A DNA stretch of 64,000 bases, taken from the NCBI GenBank assembly GCA_050084985.1, contig JBITNC010000001.1:68014001-68078000 (forward strand), given 5' to 3'. This DNA is from Nageia nagi (lineage: Eukaryota > Plantae > Pinophyta). Positions 1 through 14,025 of the stretch are shown one piece after another. The notes under the pieces are model-generated. The model was not told the origin of the DNA and made no database searches. It saw only the letters and a list, made by a program, of their open reading frames with translations. How positions within the stretch are numbered: position 1 is the stretch's first letter; each line of letters opens with the position of its first letter. The translations under genes were made by a program, and so were the position numbers.

Positions 1-3000
1 CCTTCACTGATGCCCACAAAGAGGAGCTCAGGTCTTACTAATCCTCAACCAATTCCTCTTGGGTAGCAATATACTCTCAAAAGGAGCAGTACTAGCTATT
101 TTCCAAAGTTCTAACATTTATTGGATCAACCAAATTATTAATCTTGATTGGTTTCAAGTTGTCCTCTTAGGTTATTAGGATAATTTCTGAATGGATGTGT
201 GGACATGTGGTATCACTACACACATGCCTGTCCATCTAATAGAGTTATGTCCAGACCAACAAGGACTTAGGAGCAATTAAGAAGTATGAATTTTTACCAT
301 TTGGATTATCAAACTTAAAGGCTCCATTTGCCTATCCTCACCTCATGGCTCCCTAAATATGTCATGTTGCAGAATGTACATGCGGATGTGTTCATTTTAG
401 AGGGTTGCTCATTTCAATGTTTGCATTTTTGATTGCATAAGCAAATAAATCAAAGTGCAAAACATGAATTAAAAGAGCATAAGTAAAACATTATCCATTC
501 AAAATTTGAAACCTTAGTGTCCAATGGTTTTTGTTTACCAACCCTTAAAGGACATCTTTACATCATTCCTAATTTTGTACAAGTCCATTTTGCATAAAGA
601 AGTAAATTGCATCATAACTTATGAAATTAAGTATTAAACATAAGTACTAAGCATTCTTTTATCTTTTAAGTAATGAGCATTAACTTAAGAAATTTAAGCT
701 TTTAAGCAAGTATTATTAGCTTAAACATTTAACTACTAAATATGCATAGTTTAAGCATAAGCATGCATTAAATTAACAAATAAGTATTTAAACATGCATA
801 AACTTTAAGTACTAAGCATTAGCATGCATCATTCCATAAAATAAATATGCATCATTCCCTATAATTTACACAAGGAAGCATCATAACTTAAGCATGCATT
901 ATTCCATCTTAAGTACGAAGCATGCATCATCTTAACTTAAAAGTATGCATCTAAAAAAGGTACTTTTTAACAATTTTTAAAAAATTGAAATATTTACCAA
1001 ATAAGTACTATGCATTTAAATTTTAAGTAGTAAGCATTTACTTAAAATTTTAAGCCTTAATTAGTAACTTAAAAAATTAAGTAAGCATCATGTTTTAAAC
1101 TTTAAGTAAAAATTCATACAAATTTCCCCCTTTTTACTTAAAGGTTTATCCCTAAAGGTAACATACTAAATAATTTATCCTTAAAAGTATTTTGAATAAG
1201 TGCATTGAATGTTGGACCAAGTCAAAAGTAATGTAAGTATACTCATCATGAAAATACTTTAAGTGACTTGTAGGCATCTAAATGCATTTAATGATTTCTA
1301 AGTAGATCTAAGTGCATTTAATAAAAAAAATCTTGCAAGTAAACTAAAGAACTACCAAAGGAAAGAGTATACGCTTTCTTCAAGTTGCTTGCAAGTAGAC
1401 AAAAAAAATTAAATGCATACCTACTATTATAGGAAAAAAAATAAGCAAATTGAAAGAGGTGGAGAGGGCAAGTTGGAGTGCAAAGGGAGGATTCATGTGA
1501 GACACACAAAGAAGGGAAGAGCAATGTGTGCAAGAGTTGGGAAGGAGGCTGATTAGAAGGAAGTTGGTTAGGTGAGAAGAAGCCAGATAGACTACGTGAG
1601 GGTGAGAAGGCTACTTGAGGAGCCAAATAGACAAGCGAGGGTGTAGGAGCTAGATAACCATGCAAGGGTGAGAAGGCTACACGAGGAGCTAGAGTTTGAG
1701 GGTCATCGATGGGAGACATTGATGAAGTAAAGTGGAGGAGCCAATGAGGGGATATGCAACAAGCAATTAGGTCTAACCCCTTTCTATACATAGATTGTTG
1801 CAAGAGTTTGAGTAGGAGAGAGCTAGGGGAGCTTGAGGCATCGATGGAGGATAACAACCAGGTGGAAAAAAATAAAACACTATCAGCATAGTGGTTAGAG
1901 ATTCTACATGTCATCCAACCAAAACAAAGAGATTCTACACATGTGTACAAGAAATACACTTTGTATGTTCTCAAAGAAGTAAAAAATTAAAATAAATGTT
2001 TTTTGTTTAATAATAGTTATACAAATAAGAGTGAAATTCAATGCAAGTGCAATTTTTTTTTAAAGGAAATTTGCATGTTAGTAATGTAAGCAATATATTA
2101 GTAATTTCCTTCTTTCCTCCTTTTGAATATATTAAAAAAATTACAAGATAATTTTTAACATAAATCCCCTTTTTTTTGAAAAAAATCAAATTAAGGTATA
2201 CAAATAAAAACAAGCAATATATATTAAGCAACTTTTTGTAAAAAAATTGCAACAAAAAATGTTAGCATAAACAAAAGATTGCATGCTTATATATTGCTAT
2301 TTTTGGAGTAAAAAAAAGATGAACTAACACATTATACAAAATATGTTAGTATAAACAAAATCCAAAAAAAAAAAGTAAAGGAAAGGGGGTTATACCTTCT
2401 CTTGGATTTACCTCACAAGAAAAGTAAACCTCAAAGATGATGGAAAAGAAGGATGAAAGATGAAGGACCTCTAAGATGTTGAACAAGAGCCTTCAAACCA
2501 ATGCTCTGATACCATTTTTAAGGAACTAACACTAACAAGATAATTTCTAAACAACCAAGATCACATGAAAGCTCACAATTACATATAACAAACTCATAAA
2601 GCAATCTCAGAACACAAGATGTAAGGGTTCCTCCAACTAGGAGTACATCCACAAACTAAATCTTTACTTCAATCACAAATACAAATCTCTTACAATCCTC
2701 CTAATTTCATCTCCTACACTTCTATATTCTAGAATAACTTTACTCCACAATTGGTATATGATCACAAAGAGGGAGCTTTCTATTTATAGGCCAAGAATCC
2801 CTCTTTAGATCACCCTTTTATCCAATGTACAAAAGCATGGCATGCACATCCTTTTACCCAAGGGGCATGCTCATGACATAGAGTGTAGGACAAGTTACAT
2901 TATCAAATTCACTTAAATACTTAAGGTATCAAATGATACCCTTAAGTATTAGTGAACTTACATAGATGATTATTACGAAACCTTTACAATAATGCATTAT

Positions 3001-3011
3001 ACAGTCCAACA
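1..3011 (-). mobile_element. 5' end of a Ty1/Copia LTR retrotransposon (5' LTR ~2517-3011, PBS, long leader), continuing left out of the window
   Basis: GCTCTGATACCA at 2503-2514 is the reverse complement of the tRNA-iMet PBS TGGTATCAGAGC. The LTR aligns with those at 8873 and 17223 and ends ...CAGTCCAACA at 3011. Bases 1-~540 align with 14231-14755 of the complete element. Confidence 0.9.
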
Positions 3012-5280
3012 ACTTCCACCTTTTCTATATTATTCTTTGTTTTCCCTATATTTGGAGCATCTTCTTTGGCTCTAATTTTTATAGAATCTATTTTTATCTA
3101 TTGAGGTCCTATATCGCTTTCTTAACTTCTAAGCTATTGGCATTGTATCCTCTTCCAATTATACATGCCTATTAAGATCAACAAATAAATTGACACATGA
3201 ATATGTATCTTTGCTATCCACCCCAAATGTTGATTATCCATCTTAATTAAAATTTGTTAACTCTAATATTTTCATAATGATATTATTCATTAGAGGGTTT
3301 TTAATTTTAAGTATTTGAGTATTTTCCCTAAAATAGTATATTATCTTATGTATTAATTTCCTTCTTGGTGCTCCTATTATTTTGTAGAATATATTGATTG
3401 TGTTCTTTTCATAATATCACCAGGCATGAGCAACTAGAATTCACCAAAGACTATTGATGGTTCATCTTATTTAGATATGGATCCCACTCCAACATTGAGG
3501 AAAGTAGTTTGTACCTAATTAGAACATATTATATTTAGTCTTATAACCAGCGTATTACATATTCCTAAGCAAAATTATAGTGGATCAACAAATGGTTTTT
3601 GATTTCCTTTTCTTTATCACACATCACACATTTGTTTACTAGCCGAAAGCCTCTTTGTTACAGCCTATCTTGTGTGAGGATTATATTATGAGTCATCATC
3701 CATAAGAAGAGAACTATCCTAGGAATAAGGCCCTTTATCTATTTTTTTCAAATTTAAAGAACTTCTTGATTTCTTATTAGTACTACATAAGCTTTTTTTG
3801 ATAATAAATGAATCATTTTAGACAAATTCATATTGAAGTAAATCACTCTATTGGAGAATTATTTATTTCAAGCTCTTCCAATTCATTTCTTATAAGTTGT
3901 AATTGATTATCTAAATTTGGAAGAGGATCCCTATTGATATATCATCTTTTAACACCATTATTATCCTTGAATAATACTTCAAATCCCACCAAGATGATAC
4001 AATGTACTCCCTATAGTCGTACCATAGATGCTCTTGGTCTCCTACGACGTTAATAAAATTTCTTTCTTTCTTTCTAAAATCCTAATAGCATATCAATAAT
4101 TTTTTTTTAACCAATAATTCTCCCTAAAAAAGATTATTTTCCCATTACTAACCTTCCAAAAGAGTTTTAATGATAAACTTCTTAGTTACTATCAAAGCAT
4201 TCCAAAAAATAGACCTCAAGGGAATATTAGCAATTTAAAAAAAGGAATTAGATCCCTCCATATATTTATCTTTTACTATCTTCATTCGTTTAGTTTTTGA
4301 GTCATTGCATACCTTCCATATTAACTTTAGTCTTAAGACTTTGCTTAATTGTCTTGTTTGCCTTAATCCCAATCCTCTTATGTCTTTTGTTTGTCAAAAT
4401 TTGTTCCATCCAATAAGAGACCAATTCCTTTTTCTAGTGTGCTTGGCCATAGAAAATGGTTACAAATTATCTTAATGGTATTGGCAATTATAACTAAAAT
4501 TTAATAAACCAAAGAACTACAAATCAATAGACTTTGAAATTATTGATTTGATTAACTCCGATTTTCATGCATGACTTATAATACTTTCAATCCAACTTAA
4601 AGAGCTTATTGTTTTATCTTATCTATGACATTATCCCAAAATGAATGTTTGATTTTGCCAATGAAGTGTGACATTTCGAGATAGAACAAGGGGAGTGAGT
4701 GTATTTGATAATTTAAAATGGAGGCAATCTTCTCTTGTTGATCACGAGGAATATTGAAGAAGAAAATTATGGTTTTTTGATAATTCACCTTTTGATGTGA
4801 GGATTTTTCATATAACTATAGTATCTTCATGAATCTTCTAGCTTCCCATATAGAAACTTGACCTATAAGGATTGCATCATCCACAAATTGGTGATGTGTC
4901 ACTAGTTCACAATTATTTAAAGGTTTTACCTTTAATCTCATTTTGCATTTTCTATTTTAGAGATAGTTCTCCCTAAGGCTTTAGCCATGATGATAAACAA
5001 ATAAGGAGATATAAGATCCCCTTCCTTAAGCTTCTTTGGGCTTGAAAAATCCTCCAACTTCCTCATTAATAAGAATAGAAAATGAGGCTGTAGATATGCA
5101 AATTCTAATCCATTCTCTACGCTTGTCTTCAAAGCTAAATTTCCCTCAAATCTTGTCAAGAAAATACCAATCAACTCTATCACAAGATTTTTGCATGTCT
5201 ATTTTGAGTATCTTGCCTACCTCCTTTCTAGAGTTTAGAGAGCATAGGGTTTCATGCATGTAATTATCCCATCTATTATT
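3012..5280 (-). mobile_element. Decayed L1-clade LINE ORF2 (RT and downstream region)
   Basis: Minus-strand fragments LKEGDLISPYLFIIMAKALGR (QGDPLSP motif), HHQFVDDAILIG (catalytic motif), VNYQKTIIFFFN and LPLFYLEM; many stops and frameshifts. Confidence 0.8.
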
Positions 5281-5339
5281 ATCTATCTTTCACAAAATCA
5301 TAATGTTCACTTGAAATGAGCAATTGTAGGATATTCCTT

Positions 5340-5420
5340 TGTCTATTGATAAATGATATATTTATATATGGATACATTTTGATTGGTCTTAAACCATTGG
5401 GGTTTAAAAGAGGTTAAAAA
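5340..5420 (+). mobile_element. Short 3'-terminal fragment of RTEX-like LINE family A
   Basis: GATACATTTTGATTGGTCTTAAACCATTGGGGTTTAAAAGA resembles the reverse complement of the family A 3' ends at ~17760 and ~28280. Confidence 0.5.
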
Positions 5421-6246
5421 ACATTAATAATTCATATTAAGCATTATAGGATGATCAAACTTGGGAACAAATATTTTTGTTAGGAGACATTTAAACATTT
5501 TGAATTAATTGGAATTGAAATAATTTAATTTGAATTAGTGTATGAACATAAACAATGATCAAATATAAATCCCATAATATGGAGAACATCGAAATGCATT
5601 TAAAATCACATGAAACTCCAATGCAATATTTTAGGGCATCCTCTCTCATTGTTGTATAACTTCCACTTTGAAGCATCCATTTTAACTATAGTATAACAAT
5701 ATAATGGTGTTAAATGAAGGCAAATTATCATATTGGATACCATCAATAGGATTATAACATAAGATGAATCCATGCATGATTTATCAAATAATATTGATGG
5801 TAAAGAGCACAAATGGTGTTAATTTTGGAGTGAGTTCCTATGGAAGGTTTAAGAAGATCATAACCTTGTCATAAGTAGTTAGTTTTCATGTACATGCCAA
5901 TTCAAAGGTTATCATTTTACTTCTTATGTTCATAATATAGGTTTTCTCAGCATGCATATTTTCTATAATAATGGTTTCTAACATTTCATATCGTTAGATT
6001 GATGGTTCTATGATAACATATAGTAGAAAATTTTATATTTTATATTACTAAGAAATACTATCTTATGTAACTAATGATTTTGTCTCAAGTTTTAACAACA
6101 TGAAATCAAAGTATCTAGCTCATATGTAATACATTGAAATATATGCTCTAATATATTAATAATAAACAAAAATTAAACATTTATAATAAAATTGATTGTT
6201 TATACATATTGAATGTAACTATAGGAACCTTAATTAACTTGCATAG

Positions 6247-8000
6247 GTTCCAAAAAAAGAAATCAGCCAAGGTACCATCACGACTCCATTTATTGGGACC
6301 GTTTAGAAATCACATGAATGGGTGATATTCACATGAGGAACATGAGAGACCTTAACGTTGATAAGGACATTGGGTACTAGGTAATTTGGAGTGGTGTTGG
6401 AAATCATCAATCATCATTGGAAAGAACTTTCCCAATCTAGGTAGTTATGACCTTTGGGACTCTTGGCAAAGGTGGGGAGGGGTAACTTGGCTTCCTGCAT
6501 GTGACATGACTACTAATTATTATGATGGATTTGGAATAAAAGTGTTGTTTGGTACGTTGGATTCAATTTGGCTTTGGCATATACTCTACAACTTCATGAG
6601 AGTGAGTTTTTTTTTATAATGGAGGTTGATTGTGTTTATATAGAGCCAAAAACCTTCATAGTCGATCATGATATTTTTTTCACTCTCATGGCATTGGGGC
6701 TCCTAATTTCTTTTGAAATTTGTTGGGCATAATGAAAAAATATCCTATAAAGTGGTGGATTCATGGGATAATGGTTATATAATATTAAGGGAGAAGAAAA
6801 ATCACAAGAGAAGTTGGCTAAATTCTTGGAAGATGATGAGAGCTTATGTTGGTTACATTCATGATTGAGAGGGAATCTTTTCCAATACCCTATGATAAGG
6901 TGGAAATGTTATTAATGAGACACTTGATGCTAGAGGGGAAATTTAGGCACTTGTTTGGCTACCAAAATGCTATTATGAACTTAATTAGGTATGATATTCC
7001 AATGAACATCCTTGCGTTTCTCCTTAGTTAATTGGAAAAGTTTATTAAGCATGCTAAAGCTTAAAAAATCCCCTTGCATTAGGAATTATTGAAGATGATA
7101 ATTACATATAGGGATACCGAGGAGGGAGTAAAAAAGGTTGCAAGTACTCATCAAAAATTGAAATTGCATGAAAGGATCTATCAAATTTCGATGCATAGAG
7201 GAAGTCATCCTAGATGTTGAGAAGAAGGATAAGAGGAAGGCTTTGCCTAAAGAAGAGGTTCCCCAAGCCCAGTTCAACAAAATTTGTTAAAGGCTCAAGA
7301 TGCCAAAGAATAAGATAATTGTAGATTATGAAGACTCTAATGATGAGGCTTTGGAGGAAGAAGAAGAAAATAAGGGGGCTACAAAACAACAACCCATTGG
7401 TCAATAGGATGAGAAAGCTATAAAGGAGACAAAAAAAGAATTGGGTCCAAAGGAGGTAACCAATTTGGATGGGATGTGGTGAAGTTCAAAAGGTATCCAG
7501 GATATGAACTCATAAAGAGGTAGTTAGGGATTTATTTCAAGAGAAGGAAACCAAGAAAGGAGTCATATGAAGGTAGCCTTTCCTCAGGTGTTAGATGAGG
7601 CTCTTGGGGAAGCTACGAAGATGAATTTGGAGGAGGTAAAACTCAAATTTAAGCTGATATCTAGTCTTTCTCGTACTTTTGTAAGCACTATAGCTTGCTT
7701 GTTCAACATACTTTATGTTGAGCTAAGGCAATATGTCAAGTCGACTCAAGCATTTGTGAAAGATGTGAAGCCTAGGAGGAACAAAGGATCTCCTTAATGG
7801 TAGTTTTGGTTAATGTATGGATTATGTATTTTTATTTGATATATCTATGTGATAATGGAATTAAGGTAGCTCATTAAGAATAAACTCTTCTTTTGTTTAG
7901 AGAGGTCTCAAATAGGTTGCTATGATAAATGTTTATTAAAAAATCAAGCTATTTTGTAATGGTTTCAGGTCCTTAAAACCTCCATGACTAATACCAAAAA
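6247..8000 (+). mobile_element. Poly(A)-tailed retroposed element with a 15-bp TSD and a decayed non-RT ORF (~6619-7800)
   Basis: Ends GGTTTCAGGTCCTTAAAACC...ATACCAAAAAAAA. Flanked by AATTAACTTGCATAG (6232-6246) and AAATAACTTGTGTAG (8001-8015), which differ mainly by CG>CA versus CG>TG decay. ORF remnants include IERESFPIPYDKVEMLLMRHLMLEGKFRHLFGYQ and a K/E-rich C-terminal part. Confidence 0.65.
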
Positions 8001-8872
8001 AAATAACTTGTGTAGTATGGATTCTTAATAATATGGTGTAATAGTTATGAATAGAGATGAATGCTAGTAACCATAAGAACAAGAGTGGGCATAGATCATA
8101 TATAACATATAACCAATGGGAATGAATTCATTGTACACTTTGAGAATAGATACATATATACATAAGATATACATGATCCAATTAGAATATATATTCCTCA
8201 TCACCATTCTCATGAAAAGAGTCTTCTACATGTGCAAGTTCAACTTGCTATGAATAAAATGTTTATGTCTTGTTTTGGAAACATCACAAACATGATCCCA
8301 TTGCTTATAATAGAAACACAAATCTATATGAACTATTTATAGTCTAAACTTCTCCATTTGTATAATCTCACTTCATTTTTTTCAATCACTTCATACTCTC
8401 TCATGATGCCATCTAGGAAGCATGAATGAGGTTAGAAAATATTTAACTTGCCTAGAGTGGATGTATTTTTTAAGCATTCAACACCTTGCAATATCGATTT
8501 GATTAAAAATCTTAAAAACCCTAAGAAATAAAATTATGGAATGCAATGACATAACATATACATAAAATTAAATTTAATTATTTTGGAGGTTCTCATGTAT
8601 TTTCTAGAGATATCATTTGGTCATGAAAAACTCTTTAGTGAAGTTCCTCTTTTATCTTAGTTAACTTTTCTAGCTAAGATGGTCATTGTTCTTGATAACT
8701 TACTTGATGTGGGCCTTGAGATCCTGGAGAGCCTCCTTTTATCTTTCAATTATGAATATGTTGCTCTTCTATTTACACATTAATAAAGTAGGTTGTTTGA
8801 TATGTACCAAACTAAAACATAGTATGTAAGAACCTTAACTAACATATAAGTTATGTAGATACCTAACAATAT

Positions 8873-9362
8873 TGTGAGAATTGAACTATAACAAGAACAA
8901 TCCTAAACAACCAAGATCACATGAAAGCTCTCAAATTCACATCTAACAAACTCACACATAACACAATCTCACAAAGTAACTCAAGATGTAAAGTGGTTCC
9001 TCCAACTAGAAGTACATCCACTAACTAGATCTTTACTTCAATCACAAATACAACTCTCTTACAATTCTCCTAATCTCAACTCCTACACTTCTATCCTATA
9101 GCATAACTTTACTCCACAAATTGGTGTATGATCACAAAAAAGAAGCCTTCTATTTATAAGCGAAAATCCCTCTTTGGATCACCCTTTTATCCAATGTACA
9201 AAAGCATGACATGCAAATCCTTTTACCCAAGGGGCATGCTCATGACATGGAGTGTAGGAAAGTTACATTATCATATTCACTTAAATACCTAAGGTATCAA
9301 ATGTGAATTTACATAGAAGATTTAATACAAACCTTTATAATAATGCTTTATACATTTCAACA
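8873..9362 (-). repeat. 3' LTR of the Copia element
   Basis: Direct repeat of 17223-17729, adjacent to the PPT. Confidence 0.97.
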
Positions 9363-9834
9363 CTCCCTTTAATGCAATATTGGGATAGAGCGAGTAAGAG
9401 AGAAGAAGAAGAGAAAGTAAGAGAGTTCTCCTCCAAACAGATACAATGAAGATGAGAAATTTTTACATATTTATGAAGTACAAAAGATCTAGTTTGAGAC
9501 TCACTACTTTTCCAAATACAATCATTAACCACAATTGATTTCAATATACATGAAGGAGTCATCCAACTGGAAGTCATGAAGAGTCTCCAAGAGCTTGCAT
9601 ACTTGAGGTAGGTAACCTGCAATCTCAAAACAAATTGTAAGTCATAAGCAGATCAAATAATAAGATCAATTAGATGCATCATATTCATATTAACAAGGAT
9701 AGATGAATCACACAAATGCCATCATGAACTAATCAATGGTGCACTATAATTCATCATGAAGATGCCATGCTAAAAACTTATAGTCACCTGCTATATATAA
9801 AATATGTGTTGATTATCATTTTAAAATAGAGCAT

Positions 9835-10040
9835 GCACATACGAATTCCTCACATATGGATAACTGAATAGTGCTAAAAGACACATAAGAGTTCCTCACA
9901 CATGGATAACTGAACAATGCTAGATTGACTAAAAAAAAGTATGCACATACGGTTCCTCACATATGGATAATTGAATAATGCCAAAAGACACATAAGATTT
10001 CTCACACATGGATAATTGAATAGTACAAGATTAGCTAATT
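9835..10040. repeat. Tandem repeat: 4 copies of a ~45-60 bp unit (core TTCCTCACAYATGGATAAYTGAA) in the Copia 3' region
   Basis: The core is visible at ~9845, 9891, 9953 and 9998, arranged as an A-B-A-B dimer. Confidence 0.85.
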
Positions 10041-10186
10041 TGTAAACTTCCTCATGCAAAGCGAAATTACCATGAAGGTGTACAATAAAATTAACACTAT
10101 ACAGCATAAAATCCTTCTAGGGGTGAAGTTATCATAAATATGAATTCAACATAATATTCAAACTTCACTCTCCCTTGAGGGTAACT

Positions 10187-13100
10187 TCACCAACCGATAG
10201 CATCCCTAAGCTTATAGAATTGAGCTTTCAAAAGGGGCTTGGTGAACAAATCAACAAAGTTTAAGGTGGATGGATAATGCTCCAGGTGTATGATGCCATC
10301 AAGAACCTTCTTCTTGATAAAATGGGTATAGATTTTTACATGTTTTATTCTCTGATAGAACACTAGATTCTTAGCCAACTGATTTCTGAAGAGATCAAAT
10401 ATGAGACACCTTGCTCATACTCAATTTTCTTTCAAATATGCCTTAGGTAAATGGCTTTGTAGGTTACAACAAACATGCTATGATATTTGGCTTCTATGGT
10501 GGAAAGAGAAATAGTAGTTTACTTCTTGAAAGTTTAAGAGATAGCACCTGAACCAATGCTAAACACATATGCAAAGGTTGACATCCTGTCATCTCTATCT
10601 CCCCAATAGTTAGAATCTGAGAATCTAGAGAGAACAAACAAGGGCAACTTGGAATACTTAAGAGTAAGATCCTTAATCCCTAAAACATACCTCAAATTTT
10701 GTTTAATAGCATTGAAGTGCTCAACATATATTTTTTACATGAATTGTGCCATCAGATTCACTATAAAGGAAATATCAAGCCTAGATATAGTCAAATACAA
10801 AAGACTACCAATTAATTTCTGTAAGTTGTAGCATCAACTAACTGAGAGTTGGAGCTTAAAGAAATAGTGATTCTAGAAGAAATTGGAATTACAGCATATC
10901 TACACTTCTCCATTCTAAACTTTTGTAAGATGTATAATATATACTTAGATTGACTAAGGTAAGTATAATCCTTGTATTGATATACTTGCATTTCAAGATA
11001 GTAGTGCAAAAGATCAAGATCAATCATTTCAAACATTACCTTAAGTTTAGATATGCACTCTTGAATGATTTCATCATTGTTTTCAATAATCAAAAGATCA
11101 TCCACATAAAGAAAATCAAGACCCACTTTTTTTTTTATTTGCATATAGATTGGAAATCAAAAAAACACTTGAAGAATCCAATGTCTACAAAGTACCCTAA
11201 AATCTTTTATACCAAGCTCTAGTTGCTTGCTTAAGTTCATACAAATACTTCTTTAGCTTGCACACAAAGGACTTTACCTTTCATAGTAAACCTTCTGGTT
11301 GATTCATGAAGATTTTCACATCTAAGTCACCATTAAGAAATGCACTCTTGACATCAATTGAAGAAATTTCCATCCTTAAGCTATAAAAAAGTAAGGATAA
11401 CTCTCACAGTAGGCATCTTTTCCATGGGAGCAAAAATTTCTCATAATCTACATCGTATTTCTAAGCAAAACCTTTAGCTACTAATCTTGCTTGTATTTCT
11501 CAATATCTCCAATTGAATTGAGTTTGACCTTATCGATCCACTTATTACCAATCACATTATTATCATTAGAATAAAAAATCAAGTCTCAAGTTTTATTTTT
11601 CATAATTGCCTCATACTCCACTTTCATGGCTTCCATCTAGCACTTGTTTAGAAGTTCTTTGAAGGTTGAGGGTTCATGCTTGTTATCAATTTTGGTAATT
11701 AAGAATTTGTTCAAGGTCATGCTCCTTATTACCTTTTGTTGAAGAATTTTTTTTTGGTGACTTATCTATATCAATATCCAACCAACTAGGAGCAATGAAG
11801 AGTCCTCTAGATCATCAACATCCTTATTAGAAGTAGATTCTTTAAGAAGTTCATTGAACTTTACATCCCTTAAATGAACTACATTATAGTTGGAGAGTAG
11901 AGCGTGTACCTCTATGTAACTGTTATAACCTACAAAGATGCATTTTTATCTCTTTTGTTTAACTTCTTTTTTCAAAAATAATGTAGGAAAAAGCTTCACA
12001 ACCAAACACCTTAAGATGAGAAATGTTAGGTTTTCTTCTAACCATGTCTTAAAAGAGTTTTACTTTGAAATAGCATTTTATGGGATACTATTCAAGGTGT
12101 AAATAGAGTGCTCATAGCTTCACCTCACAAGAACTTAGAACATTACCAACATGCATCTAGCCATCTCCATGATTATTTTATTTTTCCATTCGATAACACC
12201 ATTCCTGCTGAGAAGTGTATGGAATTGTAAACTACCTTTTGATTTATATTAGCACAATAGTATTGAACTCATTATTGTATATTCTCTCTCATTATTTGAT
12301 CTCAACATCTTGATTTTAAGTTAGTCTGATTCTCAACAAAGGCTTTAAAAATTTTAAAACTCTCAAAGTTTGATTCTTGTGCTCAAGTAGATACCCAAAG
12401 GTTATCCTATTAAAGCCATCAATGAAGGTCAAGAATAATATGCTTCTCCAAGTGACTTATCTGAAATGGATCATCAAATCTATATGCACAAGTTGAAGAA
12501 GTTGAGATGTCTTATTGTCTTATCTTTTTCAAACTTTTATCTATGCATTTACGAAAATACACTTCTTGTATAGCCCAATTGAAGGAGAAATTGAAGGAAA
12601 CCTTCCATAAGTTTTTGGTCTTTCATACTTGAATATTTATAGTTAAGGTGCCTTAAATAATGATAACAAATATTACCTTTAGAACACACATTGGAAGCAA
12701 GACACATCTTTGATAGAAGTTGATCCATAATGTAAGGTTATCTTTCACAGATCCTTTAACCAAAGTGTAAGTCCTTTCTTAATGCACCACTTTGAGAGTT
12801 GACTCAAAAGAGTACCCTTTTCTAGTAACTTGGATCATAAAAAGAAGGTTTATCCTTAACTTAAAAACATAAAAAACATTTTAAGACTTTTTCGTGAATC
12901 AACACACTCCTAATTCCTTGATTCAAGGGTAGAGTTATCATCTATCACAACACATCCTTATTATACTTGTGAAAGTTCTTAAACTTTTTCTTTTCAAAGC
13001 ATAGGTGATTAGTGCAACTAGAGTCAATAATTCATTTAGATGAAAAAGAATGAGACATGGAGTAGAGCATCGTAGCAAAACCAACATAAGTATTTTTCTT

Positions 13101-14025
13101 TCCTTTGTAGCTCTTTACATTTCCATTTCATTACCTTTGTACTTTTCCTCTTTTTCTTTTAGAATAATTAACTTCTTTGTGACCTTGAATGCCACAATAG
13201 TTATAATTGCCATCAAACTTTTTCTTAGGATAAAGAGTGTTTGCTTTACCTTTTTCCATCTCTTTGCTTGAAAGTGATTGTTGTTACCATTGTTCCTAGC
13301 TTGTGGTTGTTGTTTTTTGTTCCTATTACTATTATAACCATTACCTTTTTTTTCAAACCTTTTGGAGGAAAGAAAGGTAAGATTTCTTTTGATGTTTAAC
13401 TTCTTCTTGAAAGAAGTTTTAGTTTTTACAAGAGTAATGTTATTATCCTTAGAAGAAGGAATCAACCCTTTATTGATTAAGGTTTTCCTTATGCTTCAAT
13501 AGGTGCCTTGAAAGGTTTTCAAGGGAGATGACTTCTTCTTCATCATCAAGCTTTATTTTCATAACTTTTACAAAGTTTTCAAACTTTGATGAGAGGCTTT
13601 GAATAATGATGAAGACCATGAAACTCATCATTGATCCCAATTACATCCACAAGCAACAAGTTGGTCCTTAGTTCAATGATTTTGTTCAAGTAGATAGCTA
13701 TATTTTCATCTTTCCCTTGATGAAATTTAAAAAGTTTGTACCAAGGTAGATTTCTTTAACTTATCCCATGCTTTCTTTATGAAGTTAAAAGGAAATCATC
13801 AGAAGAATATCATCTAAAATTGCATGGTAAATTATGGAGGTTTGCTAACTCATTCTTTTGTTGTAAGCCTCTAGTTCCTTCTCATCTATAGAAGTTACAA
13901 GGTTCTCATTCACTATTTGCCATAGCTTCCTTACCTGCAATTTAGCTCTATCTAAAGTTCCCAAATCCCATAGTTGGAACCATCAAGATGTGTTTGGGTA
14001 AAAAGGATTTTCCATTTGCTACATA
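10187..14025 (-). pseudogene. Copia gag-pol pseudogene
   Basis: Gag N-terminus DGSNYGIWE (~13990); degenerate CCHC knuckle (~13200); protease IIDSSCTNH (~13020); integrase ~11950-12500; RT FLYVDDLLI (10812-11144 ORF); RNase H C-terminus KHVKIYTHFIKKKV...DLFTKPL. Many stops and frameshifts. Confidence 0.92.

Noticed and set aside
1318-1974. 218-aa ORF, the longest non-PPR ORF
   Set aside because: Low-complexity S/P/L-rich translation of a pyrimidine-rich Copia leader, with a non-ATG start; not kept as an ORF in the sister element.
5480-5880. Protein-like minus-strand fragments (GSYTTMREDALKYCIGV / ERGCPKILHWSF)
   Set aside because: Stops in every frame and no family I can recognise; probably decayed TE sequence. 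A tBLASTx search would be needed.
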